From: Leptonemataceae bacterium | Lineage (GTDB): Bacteria > Spirochaetota > Leptospiria > Leptospirales > Leptonemataceae | Length of the DNA: 64,000 bases | Direction of reading: 5' to 3' | Assembly (NCBI GenBank): GCA_965227295.1 | Contig: OZ245742.1 | Location: forward strand, 3,296,001-3,360,000 | Part shown: positions 56,641 through 64,000 of the stretch, piece by piece | Layout of the letters: the number at the start of each line of letters is the position of its first letter | Position numbering within the stretch: the stretch's first letter is position 1 | Notes under the pieces: model-generated | What the model saw: the letters and a program-made list of their open reading frames with translations, nothing else | What the model was told of the DNA's origin: nothing | Databases searched by the model: none | Made by a program: the position numbers and the translations under genes

Positions 56641-58094
56641 AACGTGGTACCTCCGGCCTGGACCTCGGCGTCGTGGCTTTCCTGTAAGTCTTTCCAGTCG
56701 AACTCCCGCGGCGCGATGAGCGTAAAACCGACGGTGCACACCATGGAAACAACGGCACCGACGAGGGCCGCGGTGTACCAGCCGATCATGTCGTACGAAA
56801 CCAGGCCCAGCACACTGCCCAGCACCATGCCGAGCAAGGCGCCGGTGGGATTCGTCTTGCGCCAGTAGAGTCCCGCCGCCACCGGCCAGATGGTGGAGGC
56901 CACGAAAGAGCCGGTGAAGTGCAGGATCTTTCCGAGGGTGTCGATGTTCGGCAACGAAACGAGCCAGGTGAGCAGACCCAGGCCGACGATGACGAACGAA
57001 CCCGCGCGGCGCAGGTGTTGTTGCGAAGCGCCGGGGTTGAGATGTTTGCGATAGATGTCTTCGAGGATGAGATCCGACGTCGCGGCGAGCAGCGAGTCCA
57101 GCGACGAGGCCAGGGCCGAGAAGACGATGATGAACACGATGACCGCGCCGGCGGTGCCGAGAAGATTCGCCGCGATCATGGGGCCGACCATGTCCGAGCG
57201 CGGTACGTTCAGCCCGATGACCGGCGCGGCCAGCGCCACGAAACCCGCGGCGATGGGGATCGGCGTCCAGAAGATGCCGGCTAACAGATACGCCTTGAAG
57301 CCGACGCCTTCACCGAAAGCGAAGGCCCGGGACCACCAGACGTTCGAATGAAAGATTTCCCCCATACCGAAGAGCAGGTTGTTGAACAGAAACATCATCG
57401 CCGCCGGCATGAGCAGGTTCAGCAGTTCGGGCCGCTCCGAGGAGAGTTGCATGTGCATGTCTTCGAAGCCGACACGACTGATCGTCAAAAAGCCGAGGAT
57501 CACAATGCCCGTGATGATGATGACCGTTTGAATGAAGTCCGTGCCGATGACCGCGCGCAAACCGCCGAGCAGGGTATACACGACGCAGATACCCAGGATC
57601 ACCGACATGCCGAGGTGGTAGGGTAATCCGGAGAGGGCGTGGATGAGAACACCGCCGGCCATGGCCAGGCTCACGAGCCAGCCCATGCTGTAGACGAGAC
57701 TAATTAGAAGAAAAACGCGCCAGGCCCAGACCCCGTAGCGCAGGCGAATGAAATCGCCGCTGGTGTAGCCGGCCGGCATGAGCCGACGGATGCGTGCGGC
57801 CATGGGGGCGAAGAGGATCAAGCCCACACTGCCCAGGCTGTAGCCGATCATGCCCCAGATGCCGAGCTCGTACGCGAACTGCGGGGCGACCATGGTCGTG
57901 GATGCGGTGACCCAGGTGGCCATGGCCGTGGCCGTGCCGAGGGCCAGGCCCACCCGGCGACCGGCGAGCATGAAATCGTCGAGGGCGTCCTGGCCGCGCC
58001 CCCACCACCAGCCCAGGAAAATCCAGAGCACGCTGAAGGCGGCGAGCAAAGCGCCGGCCACATAAGGATCTAAGATAGCATCGTTAACATTCAT
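56637..58094 (-). CDS. Sodium:solute symporter (DUR3/urea-transporter-like)
   Basis: FMLAGR, ATWVT, YTLLGGLRAVIGTDFIQ, SALASSLDSLL; about 13 TM segments. Confidence 0.9.
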   Translation of the reverse strand: MNVNDAILDPYVAGALLAAFSVLWIFLGWWWGRGQDALDDFMLAGRRVGLALGTATAMATWVTASTTMVAPQFAYELGIWGMIGYSLGSVGLILFAPMAARIRRLMPAGYTSGDFIRLRYGVWAWRVFLLISLVYSMGWLVSLAMAGGVLIHALSGLPYHLGMSVILGICVVYTLLGGLRAVIGTDFIQTVIIITGIVILGFLTISRVGFEDMHMQLSSERPELLNLLMPAAMMFLFNNLLFGMGEIFHSNVWWSRAFAFGEGVGFKAYLLAGIFWTPIPIAAGFVALAAPVIGLNVPRSDMVGPMIAANLLGTAGAVIVFIIVFSALASSLDSLLAATSDLILEDIYRKHLNPGASQQHLRRAGSFVIVGLGLLTWLVSLPNIDTLGKILHFTGSFVASTIWPVAAGLYWRKTNPTGALLGMVLGSVLGLVSYDMIGWYTAALVGAVVSMVCTVGFTLIAPREFDWKDLQESHDAEVQAGGTTL

Positions 58095-58112
58095 GAAAAT
58101 AAAACTTGCGGA

Positions 58113-58580
58113 TTAACTTTTGCGTCGCTCGCGCATCCAGCCGCTGAGAATCATGGCGGCGGTGGCCAGAAAGACCAGGGCCCCGGTGATGAGAAACGAG
58201 AAGGCGCGCTCGAGGGAATGGTGTTCCACGGTGACGCTCAGAGTTTCGCTCCAGGGCGTTCGGGTTCCGTCGCCGCGCTCCACGTGCACGCGATAATAGT
58301 ACGTGCCGTCGGCTTTGCCGCTGATGGTCGTGCCGCTGTCTTTGCCGTCGTAGACCTGACGGCGTTCGCCCTGGACGAAGTCCGGGGTGGGGGCTTCTTC
58401 GACGTAGAAAGATGCGAAGTCGCCGGAAGGCGCGGCCCAGTTCAGTGAATAGTAACCGCCGGTGGATTTCTGTTCCAGATCGCCGTCCCAGACCGGGGCC
58501 GATCCGTCCTGCGCGCCCAAGGGCAGCGTGAAGAGCAGGGCCGCGGCCGTGACTGCGAAACAGCGGATGCTTGCTAACAT
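58113..58580 (-). CDS. Exported FN3-like protein with C-terminal membrane anchor
   Basis: Signal peptide; YSLNW..VYDG..GTYYYRV..WS; C-terminal TM segment plus basic tail. Confidence 0.7.
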   Translation of the reverse strand: MLASIRCFAVTAAALLFTLPLGAQDGSAPVWDGDLEQKSTGGYYSLNWAAPSGDFASFYVEEAPTPDFVQGERRQVYDGKDSGTTISGKADGTYYYRVHVERGDGTRTPWSETLSVTVEHHSLERAFSFLITGALVFLATAAMILSGWMRERRKS

Positions 58581-58605
58581 TGTGTGAGTATAAGTTACGA
58601 TGCCG

Positions 58606-58938
58606 CTACTCCGTTTTTTTTACAGGCTCCCTGCCGATTTCGATCATCTGCTCGACCGGGATGACCAGGATTTTGCCGTCGGCTTCGTTGTCCGTGCGGG
58701 CGATGTCCTGGATGAGCCGGGTGATGTTTTCCACCTGGTCGTCGTTGATCATCATCATGACCATGGTGCGCGCGTCGGAGTCCACGGCGTACTCGGTGCC
58801 GCGATAGAATTCCTGAAAGTTCGAACCGGCGGACTCGTGAATGGGTACGAAGCGAAGGTCGGAAACGCCGGCTTCGAGCAGGGCGTCTTTGAGTGCGTCG
58901 AGTTTGAACGGCTTAACGTAGGCTTCGATTTTTTTCAT
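58606..58938 (-). CDS. P-II family nitrogen regulator (divergent)
   Basis: MKKIEAYVKPFKLD, YRGTEY, ARTDNEADGKI. Confidence 0.88.
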   Translation of the reverse strand: MKKIEAYVKPFKLDALKDALLEAGVSDLRFVPIHESAGSNFQEFYRGTEYAVDSDARTMVMMMINDDQVENITRLIQDIARTDNEADGKILVIPVEQMIEIGREPVKKTE

Positions 58939-59035
58939 GAGGTTGGCGCCGCCAGCATACACGCCGTTTGAAACAGGCGCAGATTGCCGCGAATATAGGC
59001 ATATTCAGGCTGCCCGGCAAGAGGAAGCGCATGAC

Positions 59036-59063
59036 AGAATGTCGCACGCGCCAATACTGTCAA
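59036..59063 (-). promoter_or_regulatory. Candidate sigma70 promoter of the P-II operon
   Basis: Minus strand TTGACA-N16-CATTCT, about 100 nt upstream of the P-II start. Confidence 0.35.
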
Positions 59064-59072
59064 GGAGTGTTC

Positions 59073-62000
59073 TCAGCCGATTAACTTGCGCAATTTCTCA
59101 AGATCGCGATCCTCGGGATCAATCTTTGCTGCGGCCTCGGCGGTGGAGCGCGCGAGATCGGTGTCGCCCTGTAGTCGATGCAAATCGGCGAGATTGATCA
59201 GGTTCTTTACGTTCTCGGGTTCCATGGAACGCAGGCGTTCGGCGGCGCGCAGGGCCTCGGAATAGTTGCCGCGTTTTTTTTCGGCGAGGGATAGATAGAT
59301 CCAGAACTCGGAGAGGCGCGGGTCTTCGGTGAGATACTTGCTCAGCAGCTCCACGGCCTTTTCGTAGTCCTGTCCCTTGAAGCTTAACAGTCCCAATAGT
59401 TTGTTCAATCGCGAATGGGCCTGATCAATTTGATAGGCCTCGTTCAGAACGTTGATGGCCTGGCGCAGGTTGCCTTCCAGGTAGAGTTGTTTGCCGCGTT
59501 CCAGGAGTTCGTCGAAGGCCAGGTCGCCGCGGTGCCGACTGCTATCGTAGTCGCCGGCGTTTTCGTCCAGATCAACGTCATCGCCGTTCAAACGCGGGCG
59601 AACGCTGGCCGCCAGGTTTTCTTCGAAGCGTTCTTCGAGGGCCGACGCTTCCACGCCGCTTTCCTGAAAGCCGATGCGCAACAACGAAAGGTCGTCGGTT
59701 AGTTCGCCGTGATCACGCAACGCGCGTTCGATGTGATGCAGTTCCGTACCGACTTCCTGAACGACGCGCAGGAACAGAAACTCATCTTCGTTGATGTCGC
59801 GCTTTTCGGCGTTCGGAGTAAGGTTGATGTCGTCGCGGCCGTCGGATCCCATGAGCACGACGTCGCCGGGCTGCAGTTGAAAGCGAAAGACCTGAAACTG
59901 GAACTCGGAGTCCAGGCCGAGCTTGCGCAAATTGAGACCTTCTTCAATGAAACTGGTCTGCCCGTTGCGCCACAACAGCGTTTGCGGATGTTCGGCGTTG
60001 AAGTACAACGATTCGCCGGTTTGATCGTTCACCAGCCACACCACGCACGAAATCACCATGGAACCGTCGAAGGTCTTAAACACGCCGTGGATTTCATCGT
60101 AGAGATCCTTGAGCCATTGCTCCGGGCTGACCTCCAGCACGCGTCCGCCGGAAGCCGAGCGGGCCATGATCGAATTCATGACGACGCCCATTACCAGCGA
60201 ACCGCCCGCGCCCTGCATGGACTTGCCCATGGCGTCGCCGTTCATGCCCATGGTCCAGCGCTCGAAGGGGCCGCGGGGATCGTTCGGCGCGGCGTCGTTG
60301 CGATTGCTGTCCGGGCCCGGGCGGAACTTCAGGTTGCCGGTCACGCAAATGTCGCCGCCCAGGTCGCCCTCGCGCTCGCGAAACTCGAAGCGTTTCTTCT
60401 GGCGGATGATAAAATCCGTTGAGATGAACTTAGACTTGTTGGCATTGAAGAAGAGCGGTTTCGCGAGCAGCGAGGTGAGGAAGTAGTCGCCGTCCTGCTG
60501 GACCTTAAGCCGCTGCACCTCTTCCATCTTTTCCCGGACTTCGCGAGTGCGTTCTTCGACTTTCTCTTCGAGGTTTTCGGCGTAGTCCTGGAGTTTGATC
60601 CGGGCGTCGCGAATGGAGCGGACCATGGAATTGAACGAGCCCGCCAGGTAACCGATCTCGTCCTGAACCTTGATGGGCACCTGTACGTCGAAGTCGCCGT
60701 TGTTTACTTCTTTTACGCCGCCGAGTAAATCGTTGAGCGGCTTGACCAGAGACGAACGGAAGAACAGCGGAAAGATGAACAGAATGGCGAACGAAGACAC
60801 GAGGATCGTGTATACGAGGCGTTTGCCGGTGGTGTGAATGTAGGCGCGATAATCTTTGTACGAAAAGCCGACCTCGTAGCGTCTGCCGCCCGCCTCGAAG
60901 TCGAAGTGCGTGTAGTACAGCGCCGCGTCGCGATAGAGGCGGGTGAGCAGGGGCTGCGTTTCGGTCTGGATGTTCACCGTGGCCCGGGCCGCGGCTTCCT
61001 CGGGACCGAGATCGACGAACTCCTTCTGAAGTTTCGCCGCCTCCACCGGTACGCGGCGGGCGAGCATGCGCTCTTCGCCGGCCTTCACGCGTTGCAGAGA
61101 GAACACGGCGTCGCGTTCGTAGTGCAACTCGTAGGCGGCGCCGACGGCAGGGGCCGCCGCCGAGCGGGAGATGACGTAGGCGACGGACTCCGGTAGATCA
61201 TTGAACTCACCGCGCAGGATGGAGCTGCGAGAGTTTTTGACTTCGGCCAGGCGTTCGCGGTCGTAAGACGCCTCGTTCAACGTAAGTGTGATGTTGCTTA
61301 CGATGCCGAGGACGAGCAGCAACGTTACCAGGGAAATGCCCACGAGCTTTACCATGAAGGTCGTCGGCTCCGGGGAGTTGTTCATGTAGGCCATGAACAT
61401 ACCGAAGAGCGCCAGGATCGAACCGATGGAGTAGAGGTACGCGTAGACCTCGTTCGAAACGAGGCCGGCCTTGTTCAGCGCGTTCGCGATGCCCACGCCG
61501 ATCAGCAACAGAATCGCCACCGCGAAGCTGCGGGTGGCCACGGCGTCGCGTCCCTTCGGAAACAAAAGGATCACCGGACCCACGAGCAGGCGCGCCCCGA
61601 TAAACGAAAACAAGCGCGGCGAGAACAAAGACGGCGGACGTTTCACCGCATCACTCAGAAAACCTTCGTAGTGCGAGTGGCGAATGGTCTTGCGCAGAAA
61701 GATGAAGAGCGACCAGGTGAACAACGAGAGGATCGTGACGGCGACGATTTGACCGGGAACGGCGGCGTCCAGGTTGTAGTAGTGCGCGGGAAAGACGTAG
61801 AACGTGTCGCCGCCGAAGGTGGCCTGCACGAAGTATGCGTAGACGGAGACGGCGGCCACGGCACCGAGGCTGACCATGACCACGCTCTCTTTCGGATGAT
61901 CGTTGCGCGGGTAATTGTACGCGAACAGCATCAACGAAACCTGGCTGAAGAGCACGCTCACCGTGAGATAGCGATGGTAGGCGGCGAACTCGTCGAAGAC

Positions 62001-62183
62001 CGTATACGAGATGAGATAGCCGTAGAACATGGTGCTGTTGAAAAGGAACGCACCGAAGAGGGCCCAGGTGGGCAGAGACTTCCGCGGTTTCAATAGAAGA
62101 TAGAGCGTGATGATGGTGCAGGTGAGGGCCGGCGTAAAGACGTCGGTGGAATGATACGAAAGCAGGAAGTTCTCTTGCCACAT
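59073..62183 (-). CDS. Multi-TM HAMP + SpoIIE/PP2C phosphatase + TPR protein (paralogue of 9791-13102)
   Basis: AYHRY, QDEIGYLAGSFNSM, QQDGDYFLTSLL, DAMGKSMQGAGG, GSDGRDD, TPR tail. Confidence 0.9.
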   Translation of the reverse strand: MWQENFLLSYHSTDVFTPALTCTIITLYLLLKPRKSLPTWALFGAFLFNSTMFYGYLISYTVFDEFAAYHRYLTVSVLFSQVSLMLFAYNYPRNDHPKESVVMVSLGAVAAVSVYAYFVQATFGGDTFYVFPAHYYNLDAAVPGQIVAVTILSLFTWSLFIFLRKTIRHSHYEGFLSDAVKRPPSLFSPRLFSFIGARLLVGPVILLFPKGRDAVATRSFAVAILLLIGVGIANALNKAGLVSNEVYAYLYSIGSILALFGMFMAYMNNSPEPTTFMVKLVGISLVTLLLVLGIVSNITLTLNEASYDRERLAEVKNSRSSILRGEFNDLPESVAYVISRSAAAPAVGAAYELHYERDAVFSLQRVKAGEERMLARRVPVEAAKLQKEFVDLGPEEAAARATVNIQTETQPLLTRLYRDAALYYTHFDFEAGGRRYEVGFSYKDYRAYIHTTGKRLVYTILVSSFAILFIFPLFFRSSLVKPLNDLLGGVKEVNNGDFDVQVPIKVQDEIGYLAGSFNSMVRSIRDARIKLQDYAENLEEKVEERTREVREKMEEVQRLKVQQDGDYFLTSLLAKPLFFNANKSKFISTDFIIRQKKRFEFREREGDLGGDICVTGNLKFRPGPDSNRNDAAPNDPRGPFERWTMGMNGDAMGKSMQGAGGSLVMGVVMNSIMARSASGGRVLEVSPEQWLKDLYDEIHGVFKTFDGSMVISCVVWLVNDQTGESLYFNAEHPQTLLWRNGQTSFIEEGLNLRKLGLDSEFQFQVFRFQLQPGDVVLMGSDGRDDINLTPNAEKRDINEDEFLFLRVVQEVGTELHHIERALRDHGELTDDLSLLRIGFQESGVEASALEERFEENLAASVRPRLNGDDVDLDENAGDYDSSRHRGDLAFDELLERGKQLYLEGNLRQAINVLNEAYQIDQAHSRLNKLLGLLSFKGQDYEKAVELLSKYLTEDPRLSEFWIYLSLAEKKRGNYSEALRAAERLRSMEPENVKNLINLADLHRLQGDTDLARSTAEAAAKIDPEDRDLEKLRKLIG

Positions 62184-62264
62184 AAGTGATGAATCATCAT
62201 CCGGCAGGGCCGCAGAGCAACCACAAAACACTTGAGGTGCTCCGCACAATCATCAGTATGCCGC

Positions 62265-63164
62265 GTGGACTTCGGACGCGTACTGCCGGATGAACTCGAC
62301 CGCATAGATTTTGCGCTGCCTCGTGAACCGGAGCGCAACGCACAAATCCTGCAAACGCCGCCGCGCGCGGAGGCGCCATCGGTGTATGTGGCCTGTCCGG
62401 TGTGGAATCACCCCGGCTTCGTGGGATTGATCTATCCCGAAAACGCGAAGCCCGCCGACGCGCTCCGTCATTACGCCCGCTCGTTCCCGGCCATCGAGCT
62501 GAACACGACGTACTATGGTGTGAACGTGGAGAATCTGCGACGCTGGCGGGAGGCGGTGCCGGCGGGATTCAAGTTCGCGCCCAAGCTTACGAAAGAGATC
62601 AGCCACGAGCGCTGTCTGGTGAACTGCGAGGAACTCACGCTGCAATTCTGCAACGCCGTCCAGGAGTTGGGCGATCATCTGGGCCCGCTGTTTCTGCTGC
62701 TCGGCCCGAACTTCGGTCCCGATCGTTTCGGCGTGCTCGCGCACTATCTCGAACGATTTCCGCGCGGCGTTGCGTTGTCGATCGAGTTGCGCCATCCGGC
62801 CTGGTTTCAGCGCGGTGGCCCGGACGTTTTCGATTTGTTCGCGGAGCATAACGTCATCGCGGTGATTACGGATGTGGCCGGCCGTCGCGACGTGGCGCAC
62901 ATGCGGTTGACTGCGAAGACCGCGGTCGTGCGCTTCGTCGGCAATCGTTTGCATGCCACGGATTTCGCGCGCGTCGACGCCTGGGTCGAACGCCTGGCGT
63001 CGTGGATCGATGCGGGTCTCGAGTGCGTGTATTTTTTTCTGCACCAGCCCTCGGAAGATTTGAACGTGCCGGTGGCGGAGCATTTGATTCGCGCGCTCAA
63101 CGATCGGTTGGGACTCGACCTGGCACTGCCGCGACGCGTGGCGAAGCAACAGGAACTTTTTTGA
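62265..63164 (+). CDS. DUF72 family protein
   Basis: W..LIYP, IELNTTYY, FKFAPK, IELRHPAWF, YFFLHQ. Confidence 0.88.
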   Translation: MDFGRVLPDELDRIDFALPREPERNAQILQTPPRAEAPSVYVACPVWNHPGFVGLIYPENAKPADALRHYARSFPAIELNTTYYGVNVENLRRWREAVPAGFKFAPKLTKEISHERCLVNCEELTLQFCNAVQELGDHLGPLFLLLGPNFGPDRFGVLAHYLERFPRGVALSIELRHPAWFQRGGPDVFDLFAEHNVIAVITDVAGRRDVAHMRLTAKTAVVRFVGNRLHATDFARVDAWVERLASWIDAGLECVYFFLHQPSEDLNVPVAEHLIRALNDRLGLDLALPRRVAKQQELF

Positions 63165-63230
63165 TTATTACAGGAAGATGTGAGGGAGGCAGGAAGGAAC
63201 AGCTGGATTGATCTGAGAGTCACATTTTTT

Positions 63231-63336
63231 GGGCGTCTCCCTCGCTGCGCGAGGGACCGCGCTACTCCGGGCTCCGCTATCGCTTCGGTCTTTGCTTCGC
63301 AAAGACTCGCTTCGCGACCCTCCGTATCGCTGACGC
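63231..63336 (-). repeat. Structured intergenic repeat, family A, copy 2
   Basis: Reverse complement reads GCGTCAGCGAT...GGGTCGCGAAGCGAGTCTTTGCGAAGCAAAGACCGAAGCGATAGCGGAGCCCGGAGTAGCGCG...ACGCCC. Confidence 0.8.
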
Positions 63337-63353
63337 GAAGAGTCGAATACCTC

Positions 63354-63707
63354 TCAACCTCCCTGTGGATTCTTCCCATTCCACCCGTACGTGCGCAGAT
63401 CAATCCGCCCGCCGTCGCTAAACATCACGCCTTCTTGCTTTAACAAGCGCATCTGCCGATCCCCGCCGCTCTCCTTCGGCAACGAGATCTTCGCAAGGCC
63501 CTTGCCGGCGCTACCGACGACCCGCTGCCAGGGTAACTTCAGTTTCTTTGATGACGAATGCAACACGTACGAAACCGTGCGTGCCGCGCGTGGATGGCCG
63601 GCGAGTTTCGCGACGGTGCCGTAGGTCGCTACACGGCCGGGGGGGATCGCCAGGATTACGGCGACGATGCGATCATACAGAGACAGGGACGAATCTTTCT
63701 GCGCCAT
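63354..63707 (-). CDS. Alkyltransferase-like (ATL, MGMT-family) DNA-binding protein
   Basis: IPPGRVATYG, AARTV, LPWQRVV (Trp in place of the catalytic Cys of PCHRV). Confidence 0.88.
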   Translation of the reverse strand: MAQKDSSLSLYDRIVAVILAIPPGRVATYGTVAKLAGHPRAARTVSYVLHSSSKKLKLPWQRVVGSAGKGLAKISLPKESGGDRQMRLLKQEGVMFSDGGRIDLRTYGWNGKNPQGG

Positions 63708-63837
63708 TCGGAAACATACTGAAAAGAGCGGCGCAATCGGCGCAAGTGATTCAATAAACCGCACAAAAGCCGGTGTCCACGTTAGCGCTCTGTTAAACCC
63801 TGTTGTAGGCATTGCGTGGCCGGTGCACACTCAGTGC

Positions 63838-64000
63838 ATGGCTGAAGAAACGCTGACCCCGATTGAATTCGATACGACCGGCATCGACCCGGCCCGCAAC
63901 GGCGATGAACTCGGCCGATCCATTGCGGTATCCGGTGACGTGCTGGCGATCGGTGTACCGAACGATAACACCGTCGAGTCGGACGACGGCACCGTGGTGA
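63838..64000 (+). CDS. FG-GAP repeat protein (partial, runs off the window)
   Basis: GDELGRSIAVSGDVLAIGVPND..DGTV; start uncertain. Confidence 0.65.
   Translation, partial: MAEETLTPIEFDTTGIDPARNGDELGRSIAVSGDVLAIGVPNDNTVESDDGTVV

Overview
This is a GC-rich bacterial chromosomal window. Its gene content looks like Leptospiraceae (DUF1577/PilZ protein, LA_0442-type protein, two HAMP-SpoIIE-TPR phosphatases, PD40-OmpA); the taxonomy is an inference. Housekeeping genes are hisS, hisF, hisE, lon and an LpxL-family acyltransferase. No rRNA, tRNA, CRISPR array or intact transposase was recognised. All family calls come from motifs read by eye, not from database searches. The strongest candidate for an undescribed system is the mostly minus-strand cluster at 22.3-40.3 kb. 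It encodes an ATP-grasp enzyme, a GHMP sugar kinase, a TRAP transporter, a membrane-anchored GH38/57-like protein, a 2640-aa giant protein and two amphi-Trp proteins. The giant protein is a UDP-glucose/GDP-mannose dehydrogenase scaffold expanded by long helical inserts and fused to a C-terminal ATP-grasp ligase. The combination resembles a sugar-oriented variant of the uncharacterised GAK (Grasp-Amphipathic-Kinase) system. Other points of interest: (1) a P-II-led nitrogen-scavenging operon whose transcarbamylase lacks the aspartate-binding motif; (2) an AT-rich HEPN gene next to a HipA-like kinase; (3) a cysteine-hydrolase/kinase/phosphatase fusion with apparently swapped catalytic residues; (4) four families of intergenic structured repeats, several with compensatory base pairs and C-GNA-G triloops.
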